Below are positions 1 through 9,267 of a DNA stretch of 64,000 nt, piece by piece. Positions within the stretch are counted from its first letter, which is position 1. The number at the start of each line of letters is the position of its first letter. This DNA comes from an uncultured delta proteobacterium (GTDB lineage Bacteria > Desulfobacterota > Binatia > Binatales > Binataceae), in assembly GCA_963756155.1 (NCBI GenBank), contig CAVWMQ010000001.1, positions 602,380-666,379 on the forward strand. The letters run 5' to 3'. The position numbers were made by a program, and so were the translations under genes. The notes beneath the pieces were generated by a model, which was not told where the DNA came from, made no database searches, and was given only the letters and a program-made list of their open reading frames with translations.

Positions 1-39
1 CAGATCCAGCAGCTCAAACAACAGAATGAAACTGAATAG
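1..39 (+). CDS. 3' end of a Gln-rich protein (QIQQLKQQNETE*), probable tandem paralog of the next gene; truncated by window edge
   Basis: Frame 1 reads QIQQLKQQNETE-stop, matching the QQLQQMQQLNETE* ending of 108..455. Confidence 0.6.
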   Translation, partial: QIQQLKQQNETE

Positions 40-107
40 ATAGAAAGATACGCGGAAACCCGCGGCAGCCGCCTTCGTACGCTCAGATGTAAGAAGGAGG
101 CTGCTTT

Positions 108-455
108 ATGCGCAAATACATCGCAGGGTTTGCAGGACTTGCGCTCGCCAGTGCGGTGCTGCTTTCGAGTTGCTCGGGGACTCCACTTTCGACGCGTGAA
201 GAGGGGACGCTCGGGGGCGGCGCGCTCGGCGCCGGTGCCGGAGCGCTGGTTGGCGCCGCAGTGGGTCATCCGGCCGCGGGTGCTCTAATCGGCGGTGGCA
301 TGGGCGCGCTGGGTGGATTCGCAGTCGGCAATCAGATGCAGAATCAGGAAGCCGCAAACCAACAGACCCAGACCCAGGTTCAGCAGCAGCAGCAGGAGCT
401 CGAGCAGCAACGCCAACAGCTCCAGCAGATGCAGCAGTTGAACGAAACCGAGTAA
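108..455 (+). CDS. Glycine-zipper lipoprotein with Gln-rich coiled-coil tail
   Basis: GGAGG RBS; signal peptide with LSSC lipobox; GGGALGAGAGALVGAAVG...GALIGGGMGALGG glycine zipper. Confidence 0.85.
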   Translation: MRKYIAGFAGLALASAVLLSSCSGTPLSTREEGTLGGGALGAGAGALVGAAVGHPAAGALIGGGMGALGGFAVGNQMQNQEAANQQTQTQVQQQQQELEQQRQQLQQMQQLNETE

Positions 456-493
456 TCCCGCCCTCCGGCGGCGAGCCCGCCGTCAATCAAATG

Positions 494-529
494 AAATGGA
501 GACGCCAGTCCCGAGGCGTCTCCATTTTT
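494..529. terminator. Intrinsic terminator, probably bidirectional, between convergent genes
   Basis: 13-bp stem AAATGGAGACGCC / GGCGTCTCCATTT, 8-nt loop, T-run. Confidence 0.75.
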
Positions 530-557
530 CTGCCGCTGGAGTCTCTGCTCCGCCGGA

Positions 558-1376
558 CTACGCCGGAGCGCACAGCTTGCACGGCCGGAGCCCGGCGCTT
601 CGGGCATGCTTCGAGTCTGCGAATATGATCATGTTCGAGTGGTCGGCGCGCTGCGCGGCCGAGCATTCCGGTTGGCAGAAGATGTGCGTGTGGCGATGGC
701 CCAGCACTGCGCCTTCGGGAACGCGCAAGTCTTTTCCCACCACGAATCCCTCGGTGCGCAGGAGCAGCAGCTTGCGATCGACTCCGCCGCCGTAATTTCC
801 GATCGATCCGTCGGAGCGGATCACGCGATGGCACGGGACGAAGATCGGCACCGGATTCGACGCCATCGTATTACCGATCGCGCGTTGTCCGTCGGGCACG
901 CCAACCGCCGCGGCCAGCCCGGAATAAGTGATGACCGATCCGATCGGCACGACGCGCAGGCGGGTGTAAGCCCGGCGCTGGAAGTCGCTCTCGACCAGGC
1001 TCAAGTCGACCGGATGCTCCAGCACGGTGTAGTCGCCGGCGAAGTAGCGTCCGATCGCGCGGCTGATCTTTTCGGTCGCGGGCTCGTTCTCGACCAGGTC
1101 GAAGCGCTGCCGCAGTGCCGTCAGCATCCGGTCGGAATCGCTTACCTCCATGAAATGGATCGCCGCGAGTCCGCGGTCGCTCTCCGCGACCAGCAGGCGG
1201 CCGAGCGGTGAGGTGGCGACGCCGACGCGCGCCGCGGGGCGCCGCAGAGTTTTCATCGCGCGCTCGATACCGCTGCGAGCCTCGCGAATCATTTTGTCTA
1301 TTTCGATTCCCCGATCGTCGACCGTAACCCGCGTGGCCGCGCGATCGAATTCCTGTTTGCGATTCATTTTTGTCAT
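558..1376 (-). CDS. ogt: Methylated-DNA-protein-cysteine methyltransferase (Ogt type) with C-terminal Ada metal-binding domain
   Basis: SPLGRL, FQRRAY..L..VPIGSVITY and PCHRV active site; C-terminal IFCQPEC-x27-CKLC Ada-type Cys4 motif; ATG at 1376 overlaps the sigma stop (ATGA). Confidence 0.9.
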   Translation of the reverse strand: MTKMNRKQEFDRAATRVTVDDRGIEIDKMIREARSGIERAMKTLRRPAARVGVATSPLGRLLVAESDRGLAAIHFMEVSDSDRMLTALRQRFDLVENEPATEKISRAIGRYFAGDYTVLEHPVDLSLVESDFQRRAYTRLRVVPIGSVITYSGLAAAVGVPDGQRAIGNTMASNPVPIFVPCHRVIRSDGSIGNYGGGVDRKLLLLRTEGFVVGKDLRVPEGAVLGHRHTHIFCQPECSAAQRADHSNMIIFADSKHARSAGLRPCKLCAPA

Positions 1377-1903
1377 CGTGCGTCCGCCTTGAGCTTCTTG
1401 AGCGCCTGGTAGACGCTCGCTCGCGCGCTCTCGGCCGAACAGTCGAGCGCCTTTGCTATTTCGTGATATTCGAGCCCGCCAAATTTGCGCATCATCAGCG
1501 CGCGGCCCTGCTTGCCAGGCAGCCGCGCTACCATGTCTTTCAAATGGAGGGCAGTGTCCGGTGACGAGCGCGCAGAGGCCGCCGCGCGCTCCTCGTCGAG
1601 GGTCACGTCGCGGCCGTCGCTCGCGATCACTCGCGCGCGGCGCGTCCGGTCCCGCGATCGATTGCGGCACAGGTTCGATGCGATCCGGAAAATCCACGGC
1701 CGCAACCCGTCCTCGGACTTGAGCGTGGGATACGCTCGATAAGCCCGCAGCCAGGTCTCCTGGAACAAGTCGAGACTGTCCTCGCGGTCGCCGGTGGTCC
1801 TGAGCAGAAATCGCATGATCTCGTGCTCGAGGCTGCGCACCGCGTCTTCGAATGGCGGCGGGATCGAGATTGTATACCTGGCGGTCGGCATCGCGGACGT
1901 CAC
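1373..1903 (-). CDS. ECF-family RNA polymerase sigma factor
   Basis: Region 2 DSLDLFQETWLRAY / PWIFRIASNLCRN; region 4 LPGKQGRALMMRKFGGLEYHEIAKAL. Confidence 0.9.
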   Translation of the reverse strand: MTSAMPTARYTISIPPPFEDAVRSLEHEIMRFLLRTTGDREDSLDLFQETWLRAYRAYPTLKSEDGLRPWIFRIASNLCRNRSRDRTRRARVIASDGRDVTLDEERAAASARSSPDTALHLKDMVARLPGKQGRALMMRKFGGLEYHEIAKALDCSAESARASVYQALKKLKADAR

Positions 1904-2088
1904 GCGAGTCTCAGCAACGAACTAACCACGTACCATAGCGTGATCAGCCCGAACACCGCGCCCGGCCATTCGTCCAGCATGCGGCCTTGCGCATGCCTGA
2001 CACCATCAAGATCAAAATTGACACTTTCGCGCTCAGGCCGGTGCGCCGCAATTTCAACCAACCCTGCATCGTCGATATTCGTCAACAT
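1900..2088 (-). CDS. Small hypothetical protein with C-terminal hydrophobic helix
   Basis: GGGAGA RBS-like sequence before ATG; stop overlaps sigma GTG start (GTGA); AVFGLITLWYVVSSLL hydrophobic segment. Confidence 0.45.
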   Translation of the reverse strand: MLTNIDDAGLVEIAAHRPERESVNFDLDGVRHAQGRMLDEWPGAVFGLITLWYVVSSLLRLA

Positions 2089-2161
2089 GTCGATGTTCTC
2101 CCGATACGTATAACCCCGCGGATCGCGTTTCGTGAGTTGACGATCGCAAGAAATCGACGCT

Positions 2162-2197
2162 TTTTATTTCATTTGAGCCTGTTTTATTTCGTTTGAG
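2162..2197. promoter_or_regulatory. AT-rich 16-bp direct repeat (20-bp period) in divergent promoter region
   Basis: TTTTATTTCATTTGAG (2162-2177) and TTTTATTTCGTTTGAG (2182-2197). Confidence 0.5.
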
Positions 2198-2288
2198 AAA
2201 GTTCAGGCGGCGGATTGATAATGCCCGCCGAACGCCCCGTCAGAGTCGCGTCGGGCGTTGCCGTTCCGTTCAGGAGGCCAATTTCGAA

Positions 2289-3503
2289 ATGAGCAAACCG
2301 CTTGCGGGTATCAAGGTGATCGAGATCGCGCAGGAAGTCGCTGGCCCATGCGCGGGTCTGTTCCTGGCCGACCTGGGCGCCGACGTCGTCAAGGTCGAAA
2401 ATAAAAATACCGGCGACACCAGCCGCTGGCTGTTTCCTGCGGCGGTCGCCGGTCCGACGGTGAAAAATCCGATGCTGCCTCCGATGTTCATCGGGGCCAA
2501 TCGCGGCAAGCGCAGCGTCGCCGCCGACCTGAAGAATCCGCTCGGGATCGATCTGGTGCGCCGGATGGCCAAAAGTTACGACGTGCTGATGACCAACTAC
2601 CGGCCCGGCGTGCTCGATCGCCTCGGCCTGAGCTGGGAGGAATTGCGCAAGACCAATCCGCGACTGGTCTACGCGCAGGGAAGTTCGTGGGGACCCGTGG
2701 GGCCGTGGGCCACGTGGCCAAGCCGCGACCCGCTGGCGCAGGCGGCAGGCGGCTTGATGGCAAAGACGGGGATGGCAGGCGATCCACCGCTGATCGCAGG
2801 CACCTTCGTCGCGGACAATTCCGGAGCGCTATGCTTTGCCGGCGGGATTCTCGCGGCGCTGGTTGGGCGCGAGCGCACCGGCGAGGGTGCGCGAATCGAC
2901 TCGTCGATTTACGGCACCATGATCGCGATTCAGGCGACCGAGATTAATTACACTTCGTTCACCGGCCTGGAGCCCGAGCGCACCGGGCGCGGCGCAGATC
3001 CGTTGCTGCACGGCGTTTGGGGAGCGTTCAAAACGCGCGACGGCTACATCTGCCTTGCGGGCGTGGACGACAAACGCTGGCCCGCCTTCTGCCGCATCAT
3101 GGGCATCCAGAATATCGAAAAGAATCCCGACCACGACGCCGCAAAACGGCATACCCACGGCGAGAAGACCCAGGCGGTGCTCGACGAAGTTTTTCCGCGC
3201 AAGACGAGCAAGGAATGGCTGGCGGAACTCAACGCCGCGGACATCCTCGCGACCGAGGTCGCCGACTATCGCGCGATCCTCGAAAGCGAACAGGCGCGCG
3301 CCAACGGTTACGTGCTCGAGATGGAGCATCCGACGGCCGGCCGCCTGCTGGTCGCCGGTGCGCCGGTCTCGGTGAACGGCGAGATCCCGAAGCAGGCCGT
3401 CCCGGCGCCCGAGTTCGGGCAGCATACTGAGGAAGTAATGCTCGAGGTCGGCTACACGTGGGACGAGATCGCCGCGATGCGCGAGGCGGGCGCGATACTC
3501 TGA
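2289..3503 (+). CDS. Family III CoA-transferase (CaiB/BaiF)
   Basis: PLAGIKVIE..AGP...LADLGADVVKVE, NRGKRS, NYRPGVLDRLGL, APEFGQHTEEV; CAGGAGG RBS. Confidence 0.92.
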   Translation: MSKPLAGIKVIEIAQEVAGPCAGLFLADLGADVVKVENKNTGDTSRWLFPAAVAGPTVKNPMLPPMFIGANRGKRSVAADLKNPLGIDLVRRMAKSYDVLMTNYRPGVLDRLGLSWEELRKTNPRLVYAQGSSWGPVGPWATWPSRDPLAQAAGGLMAKTGMAGDPPLIAGTFVADNSGALCFAGGILAALVGRERTGEGARIDSSIYGTMIAIQATEINYTSFTGLEPERTGRGADPLLHGVWGAFKTRDGYICLAGVDDKRWPAFCRIMGIQNIEKNPDHDAAKRHTHGEKTQAVLDEVFPRKTSKEWLAELNAADILATEVADYRAILESEQARANGYVLEMEHPTAGRLLVAGAPVSVNGEIPKQAVPAPEFGQHTEEVMLEVGYTWDEIAAMREAGAIL

Positions 3504-3529
3504 GGCCAGTTCTCATCGAGCGTTAATTT

Positions 3530-4222
3530 ATGGATCCGACTGCGCTGATCGCGTTCTGGGCGGTGGCATTCGTCGCGAGCCATCTCGTGATCTCATCGGC
3601 TGCCGTGCGCCCGCGCATGGTCGCCGGGCTGGGCGAAATGCCTTATCGCGGCGTCTATTCGCTGGTCGCGTTCGCGACGTTCATTCCACTGACCTTCGCA
3701 TTCGCCCGCCACAAGCATGCGGGACCGCTGCTGTGGTACCTGCGCGACATTGCGCCGCTGCGATGGTTGACCTGGCTCCTGATGCTCGCGGCGTTAATTC
3801 TGCTGGTCGCGAGCCTGATCAATCCGAACCCTGGCGCGCTCGGCGCTCCCGGCATCGCGGGTGCTCCGCGCGGCGTGCTTAAGGTCACGCGGCATCCCAA
3901 CTTCGTCGCGTTCATCCTGTTCGGTTTCGCGCACCTGCTGATGAACGGATGGGCCGGCGACGTGGTTTTCTTCGGGACTTTTCCGGCGATTGGCATCCTC
4001 GGCGGGTTGCATCAGGACCGCCGCAAGCTCCGCGAAATTGGCGAGCCGTATCGCCAGTTCAAGGCGCAGACTTCGTTCATCCCGTTCGCCGCGATCCTGA
4101 GCGGGCGTCAGCGATGGCAGCGTTCCGACCTTCCGTGGCTCGCGATCGGCGTTGGTGCGGCGCTCACCGTCGTTATCTTCGTGGTGCACCCGATCATCTT
4201 CGGGGGCAATCCGCTCGGATAG
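3530..4222 (+). CDS. NnrU family membrane protein
   Basis: FVASHL, YRGVYSLVA, GVLKVTRHP, HQDRRK, TSFIPFAAILSGRQ. Confidence 0.8.
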   Translation: MDPTALIAFWAVAFVASHLVISSAAVRPRMVAGLGEMPYRGVYSLVAFATFIPLTFAFARHKHAGPLLWYLRDIAPLRWLTWLLMLAALILLVASLINPNPGALGAPGIAGAPRGVLKVTRHPNFVAFILFGFAHLLMNGWAGDVVFFGTFPAIGILGGLHQDRRKLREIGEPYRQFKAQTSFIPFAAILSGRQRWQRSDLPWLAIGVGAALTVVIFVVHPIIFGGNPLG

Positions 4223-4261
4223 CTTGCGCTCCGATCAGACGCGGGAATCGGGTTTCAAAGT

Positions 4262-5077
4262 TCAGGTCGCGGAGACTCGGAACAGGCGCGCGGCATTCTC
4301 GATCACTCGCGCGCCGAGCGCCGCCGGATCGACGCCGCGAATCTGCGCGAGCACCTCCAGCGTGCGTACCACGAAGGCCGGCTCGTTGCGTTTGCCGCGA
4401 TACGGCTCCGGCGCGAGATAGGGCGCGTCGGTCTCGACCATCACGCGATCGTCGGGGACGATTTTCGCCGCCTCGCGGACCGCGCCGGCATTCTTGAAGG
4501 TCAGGATTCCCGAGAACGAGATGCAAAAGCCGAGCGCCAGGAACGCGCGCGCCGCGGACGCGTCGCCGGTGAAGCAGTGGATCACGCCGCCGGCCGGCGG
4601 AACTCCGGTCTCGCGCACGATCTCAACCATGCGCTCCTCCGCGTCGCGGCAATGAATCACGATCGGACGGTCGAGCTGTGACGCAAGTTCCAGATGATGC
4701 CGCAGCGACGCCTCCTGCGCCTCGCGCGGTGAGCGCAGGTAGTGAAAGTCGAGGCCGCTCTCGCCGATCGCGACGACCCGCTTCGATGACGCGAGATCGC
4801 GAAGCGCTGCGATGCGCTCGGCGGTGCAGTCTTTCGCATCGTGGGGATGCACCCCGACGGCCGCGTACACGTTGGCATGCCGCTCAGCGATTTCGAGCGT
4901 CAGGAGATCATTTTCGATCGGGCCGATCGCGCCGACCGAGACCATGAAGCGGACGCCCGCTTCTTTGGCGCGCTCGAGCGCGCCTTCGACATCGTCGCGC
5001 AGACGCGGGTCGGCGAGATGGCAATGCGTATCGACGACCGGAATCATCAGCGGCTTGCCGAGATTCGCGACTCTCAC
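4262..5077 (-). CDS. tatD: TatD family hydrolase
   Basis: DTHCHL, GVHPH, IGESGLD, IHCF, ETDAPYLAP..RGKRNEP. Confidence 0.95.
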   Translation of the reverse strand: MRVANLGKPLMIPVVDTHCHLADPRLRDDVEGALERAKEAGVRFMVSVGAIGPIENDLLTLEIAERHANVYAAVGVHPHDAKDCTAERIAALRDLASSKRVVAIGESGLDFHYLRSPREAQEASLRHHLELASQLDRPIVIHCRDAEERMVEIVRETGVPPAGGVIHCFTGDASAARAFLALGFCISFSGILTFKNAGAVREAAKIVPDDRVMVETDAPYLAPEPYRGKRNEPAFVVRTLEVLAQIRGVDPAALGARVIENAARLFRVSAT

Positions 5078-6630
5078 GCGCCGCGCGCGGCTTTGTCGAT
5101 ACGCGGGAACAGCGGAAGCGCCGGCTTTACGTGATGGCGCGGCTTGATTCCCGCGCCGAAGGGCGCGCGCGCCGATGCGGCGTCGACGTTGAGCAGATCG
5201 AAAATTTTTGGCGCCGTCGCCGGCATGAACGGCTCCAGCGTGTCCGCGATAACGCGCAGTCCCTCGACCAGGTTCGCGATTATCTGCGCAACCCGCGGCA
5301 GCATGGCGGGATCCTTTGCGAGCGTGAACGGCGAGGTGGCCACGATGTACTTGTTGGCGGCATCGAGCGCCTGCCAGATCGCCTCCAGCGCGCGATTGAA
5401 CTGGAGCTCATCGACGAATGCGTCCACCCGCGCCGTCATCGCGGCGGGCGCGAATGCCTCGCACAATGCGCGGTCGAGCGCATCGTCGCCGGCGCCCGCC
5501 TGTGCGCTGATCTCGCCGCCGAAATATCGCGCCGCCATCGCCAGCACGCGGCTGGTCAGGTTGCCGAGATCGTTGGCGAGGTCCGCGTTGTAGCGCTCGA
5601 CCAGGCGGTCGTCCGAGAAGTCGCCGTCGAGGCCATAGACCACGTCGCGCAGCAGGAAGAGGCGGAGCACGTCGGGGCCGTAAGTCTTTTCGTATTCCAG
5701 CGGGTCAGGAATGATTCCCGAACTCTTCGACATTTTCGCGCCGGAGAAAGTCATGTAACCGTGCACGTTGAGGCTGCGATAGAGCGGGAGGTCGGCGGCG
5801 AAAAGGATCGCGGGCCAATACACCGCGTGCGTCTTCAGGATGTCCTTGCCGATGAAGTGTTGGCTCACCGGCAGGACTTCGCGGAGCGCCGCGTCGCTGG
5901 TGTCGGGCAGCTCGCTCACGTAGGCCCAGAACGCGTCGTACCATACGTAGGTCACGTACTTGTCGTCGAACGGCATCTCGATTCCCCAATCCAGTCGCGA
6001 CTTGGGGCGCGAGATACACAGATCCTCGATCGGCTCGCCGAGCATGTTGAGCACTTCGTTGCGGTAGCGCTCAGGCCGGATGAAGTCCGGCGTGTTGACG
6101 ATGTGATCGCGGATGCGCTCGCGGTGCTTCTCGAGCCGCAGAAAATAATTTTTCTCCTTGATCAGCTCGGCGGGCGTGTTGTGCACGGGGCAGATGTTGC
6201 CGGGGAGCAACTCCTTCTGGGTGTAGAAGATCTGGCATCCGACACAATACAGGCCTTCGTAGTCCTTGAAATAAATTTCACCGCGATCGTACGCGCGCTG
6301 GAGCATCTTCTGCACGAGCGCCTCGTGCACCGGATCGGTGGTGCGCACGAAGAAGTCGTAGCTGATGCCCAGGATCTTCCACGCCTGGCGGAACAGCGCG
6401 CTGATCTTATCGGCAAACGCCTTGGGGGAAAGACCGGCGGCCACCGCCGCCTTGAGATTCTTGTCGCCGTGCTCGTCGGTGCCGGTGACGAAAGTCACGT
6501 TGTCGCGGCCGAGCTTGCGGCGTTGATAGCGCGCGAAGGTGTCGGTCGCAAAAGCCTCGAGCGCGTGGCCGACGTGCGGCGGCCCGTTGCTATAGATGAT
6601 CGCAGTAGTGATGTGAATCCGCTGGGGCAT
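5074..6630 (-). CDS. metG: Methionine-tRNA ligase
   Basis: HVGH, GTDEHG, YVWYDA, IGKDI, KMSKS. Confidence 0.97.
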   Translation of the reverse strand: MPQRIHITTAIIYSNGPPHVGHALEAFATDTFARYQRRKLGRDNVTFVTGTDEHGDKNLKAAVAAGLSPKAFADKISALFRQAWKILGISYDFFVRTTDPVHEALVQKMLQRAYDRGEIYFKDYEGLYCVGCQIFYTQKELLPGNICPVHNTPAELIKEKNYFLRLEKHRERIRDHIVNTPDFIRPERYRNEVLNMLGEPIEDLCISRPKSRLDWGIEMPFDDKYVTYVWYDAFWAYVSELPDTSDAALREVLPVSQHFIGKDILKTHAVYWPAILFAADLPLYRSLNVHGYMTFSGAKMSKSSGIIPDPLEYEKTYGPDVLRLFLLRDVVYGLDGDFSDDRLVERYNADLANDLGNLTSRVLAMAARYFGGEISAQAGAGDDALDRALCEAFAPAAMTARVDAFVDELQFNRALEAIWQALDAANKYIVATSPFTLAKDPAMLPRVAQIIANLVEGLRVIADTLEPFMPATAPKIFDLLNVDAASARAPFGAGIKPRHHVKPALPLFPRIDKAARGA

Positions 6631-6704
6631 GGGCTGGAAGCGCGGCCGGCGCGTCGGCGAGCAATATGAAGTAACAGGATAACGCGCCCGGAGCGGCGTG
6701 GCGA

Positions 6705-7553
6705 CTAGTTCGGGCGCGCTTCGACCAGGTCCTCGAGGGTGGCCTCGACCACACCGCCATCTTCTTCGCGCTGGATGAGCACGGTCTGCTTGAGGATGTT
6801 TTGGCGGACCACCTTGCCGTCGCCCTTGACGCAGGAGACGCGCTTGCCGAGTCCGGGCAGCGCGCGCTTGAGTTCGACGTAGGTCGCGTACTCATAGCGC
6901 AGGCAGCACTTGAGCCGCCCGCACATTCCGGCGAGCCGCGACGGATTGAGCGCCAGACCCTGCTCGCGCGCCATCTTGACGGTCACCGCCTCAAAATCGC
7001 GAAGCCACGACGAGCAGCATAACTCGCGTCCGCACGGGCCGAGACCGCCGGTCACCTTGGTCTCGTCGCGCGCGCCGATCTGTTTCATCTCGACGCGCAC
7101 GCGGAGCGTGTTAGCGAGATCGCGCACCAAATCACGAAAGTCGATTCTGCCCTCGGCGACGAAATAGAAAGTGGCCTTGCGGCCGTCGAGCGTGTACTCG
7201 ACGCTCACCAGCTTCATCTGGGCGCGGCGCTCGCGGATTCGATCGATGCAGAGCCGGCGCGCACGCGCCTCGCGCAGGATGTTCTGCTCCTCGAGATCGA
7301 AGTCGTTGTCGGAGGCGATGCGCAGGATCGGCTTCATGGTCGAGAGGTCGAGGGTGCGCGCCGCTTCGTGCGGCTCGACCTCGACGGTCGCGACGCGGGT
7401 GCCCGCTTCGCTGTCGACCAGTACGCGATCGCCGCGCTTAAGCGTCAGGCCGGCGGCGAGGTAATTGTAGAGATGTCCGGTCGCCTGCAGGCTGACCGCG
7501 ACGATGCGCGGCTCCGGTGACTCGCGCTCGAAAGGATCGATTTCCTGGCTCAC
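6705..7553 (-). CDS. PSP1/YaaT (RicT-like) domain protein
   Basis: RIDFRDLVRDLA, QIGARDE, GPCGRELCC, GMCGRLKCCLRYE; GTG start overlaps holB stop. Confidence 0.9.
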   Translation of the reverse strand: MSQEIDPFERESPEPRIVAVSLQATGHLYNYLAAGLTLKRGDRVLVDSEAGTRVATVEVEPHEAARTLDLSTMKPILRIASDNDFDLEEQNILREARARRLCIDRIRERRAQMKLVSVEYTLDGRKATFYFVAEGRIDFRDLVRDLANTLRVRVEMKQIGARDETKVTGGLGPCGRELCCSSWLRDFEAVTVKMAREQGLALNPSRLAGMCGRLKCCLRYEYATYVELKRALPGLGKRVSCVKGDGKVVRQNILKQTVLIQREEDGGVVEATLEDLVEARPN

Positions 7554-8629
7554 AGCTCTCCCCGCATCGCGCGACCCGCGGTCATCCACCACTGCTCGGC
7601 CTGCAAGCGCGGATTTGCCATTGCATCGATCGCGTCCGAGGCACGGAGGGCGGCATCCAGGCATTGAGCGATCGCATCGGTGGTGAGGTTGTTAGCAAGT
7701 TCACTCATAGCGGGCGCGGTATCGGCCGAGACTGCCGCAAACTCCGAACGGAGCAATTTGTAGCACAGTATTTCCTCAAGTAACCGCGCGATCAACTCCA
7801 GATTGGCCCGCGCCTGCTCGCGATTGGCAAACAGCTCCTGCGCCAGCGCCTGCGCGCGGACGAAGTCGAGCGACTTCGCGCGCGCCAGTGCCTCGACCAG
7901 CTCCTTGACCGGCGGCTCTTCGCCACCCAGCAGCGCCATCGCGCGCGCGGCGCTCCCACGCGCCAGGCGCGCGATTGCGCCGGCACGAGCCGGCTCGACG
8001 CCGCGCGCGACAAGAATCTCCTCGACGGCGGAGGTCGCGAGCGGCGGGAACCGGACCGGCCGCGCGCGAGAGCGCACCGTGTCGAGCAGCGCGTGTTCGC
8101 TTGCGCTGACCAGGAAGATGATCGCGTGGCCAGGCGGCTCTTCGAGCGTTTTCAAAAGCGCATTCTGCGCGGGCAGGTTTAACGTTTCGGCATCGTCGAT
8201 GATCGCGACGCGAAGCGGCGCGCGCGACGGCTTCATACCGAGCCTTACGATAAGATCGCGTACCTGCTCGATCAGCACGTCGACGCGGTCGCGCGGGCGC
8301 GCGATGTAGTTGAAATCCGGATGCACGCCGAGCGCGACCTGCACGCACGCGGAGCAGCAATCGCATCGCGCTTGCTGCTCCGCGATCCGGCCGCGGCCGC
8401 TTGGCGCCGCGCCCGCGCCCGCCCGCACAGGGCAGCGCTCCGGCGTGCAGCAGAAATTCTCGCCCGGCGCGCGCTCGCATAGCAGGCCATGCGCGAGGCC
8501 TTGCGCGACCAGCGACTTGCCGACGCCGCGCGGCCCCGAGAACAGGTAGGCGTGCGAAGGGCGAGTGCGAAGCTCGGCGAACAGGCGCTCGGCGAGTTCG
8601 CGATGCCCGCGGAGTCCGCTTAGGGGCAT
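7550..8629 (-). CDS. holB: DNA polymerase III delta-prime subunit
   Basis: HAYLFSGPRGVGK, HPDF, AQNALLKTLEEPP, TVRSR; located between tmk and PSP1. Confidence 0.93.
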   Translation of the reverse strand: MPLSGLRGHRELAERLFAELRTRPSHAYLFSGPRGVGKSLVAQGLAHGLLCERAPGENFCCTPERCPVRAGAGAAPSGRGRIAEQQARCDCCSACVQVALGVHPDFNYIARPRDRVDVLIEQVRDLIVRLGMKPSRAPLRVAIIDDAETLNLPAQNALLKTLEEPPGHAIIFLVSASEHALLDTVRSRARPVRFPPLATSAVEEILVARGVEPARAGAIARLARGSAARAMALLGGEEPPVKELVEALARAKSLDFVRAQALAQELFANREQARANLELIARLLEEILCYKLLRSEFAAVSADTAPAMSELANNLTTDAIAQCLDAALRASDAIDAMANPRLQAEQWWMTAGRAMRGEL

Positions 8630-9267
8630 CGGCGCCTGATCAGGTCGTCGACCGCGGCGCGAATCTCACCGCTCACGACTTCCTTGGGACGCTCGGTGTT
8701 GATCACTACGACGCGGTTCGGCTCGGCGCGCGCGATCGCGAGAAAACCCTCGCGCACCTTGCGATGAAACTCTGCCTGCTCGCCCTCGAAACGATCGAAC
8801 CCGCGGATCGCGCCCTTGGCGCGCGCGCGGGTGCGCGCAAGCCCAGTCTCGACCGGCAGGTCAAGGAGGATAGTCAGGTCGGGCATCATCCCGTCGCTGG
8901 CGAGCCGGTTGAGTTCGCCAAGCAGCTTCAAGTCGAAGCCGCGCCCATAGCCCTGGTAGGCGGTGGTCGAATCAGAGTAGCGATCCGAGATCACAATTTC
9001 GCCGGCCTCGACCGCGGGCTTGAGTTTCTCGCGCACGTGTTGCGCGCGGTCGGCGAGCACCAGCAGAAGTTCGGCGCCGACCTGCAGCGAGACAGCGGGG
9101 TCCAGGAAGATCGCGCGAATCATTTCGCCCGCGCGCGTGCCGCCCGGCTCATGCGTAACGATCGCGCGCCGTCCACCGGCGCGCAGTGCGTCGCCCAGAA
9201 TCGCGGCCTGCGTGGTCTTGCCGGAACCCTCGACGCCTTCGAGCGTGATGAACAGGCCGGTGAGCAT
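8620..9267 (-). CDS. tmk: Thymidylate kinase
   Basis: FITLEGVEGSGKTTQ, HEPGGT, SDRYSDS..AYQG. Confidence 0.97.
   Translation of the reverse strand: MLTGLFITLEGVEGSGKTTQAAILGDALRAGGRRAIVTHEPGGTRAGEMIRAIFLDPAVSLQVGAELLLVLADRAQHVREKLKPAVEAGEIVISDRYSDSTTAYQGYGRGFDLKLLGELNRLASDGMMPDLTILLDLPVETGLARTRARAKGAIRGFDRFEGEQAEFHRKVREGFLAIARAEPNRVVVINTERPKEVVSGEIRAAVDDLIRRRCP

Noticed and set aside
558-1697. 379-aa extended methyltransferase
   Set aside because: The first ~107 codons overlap the sigma gene in another frame; the ATGA-coupled start at 1376 fits better
5131-6669. Long antisense and shadow ORFs (this one, 24232..25620, 44479..45723, 49921..51474, 53168..54874 and others)
   Set aside because: They overlap well-supported genes and are expected from high-GC codon bias; no motifs recognised
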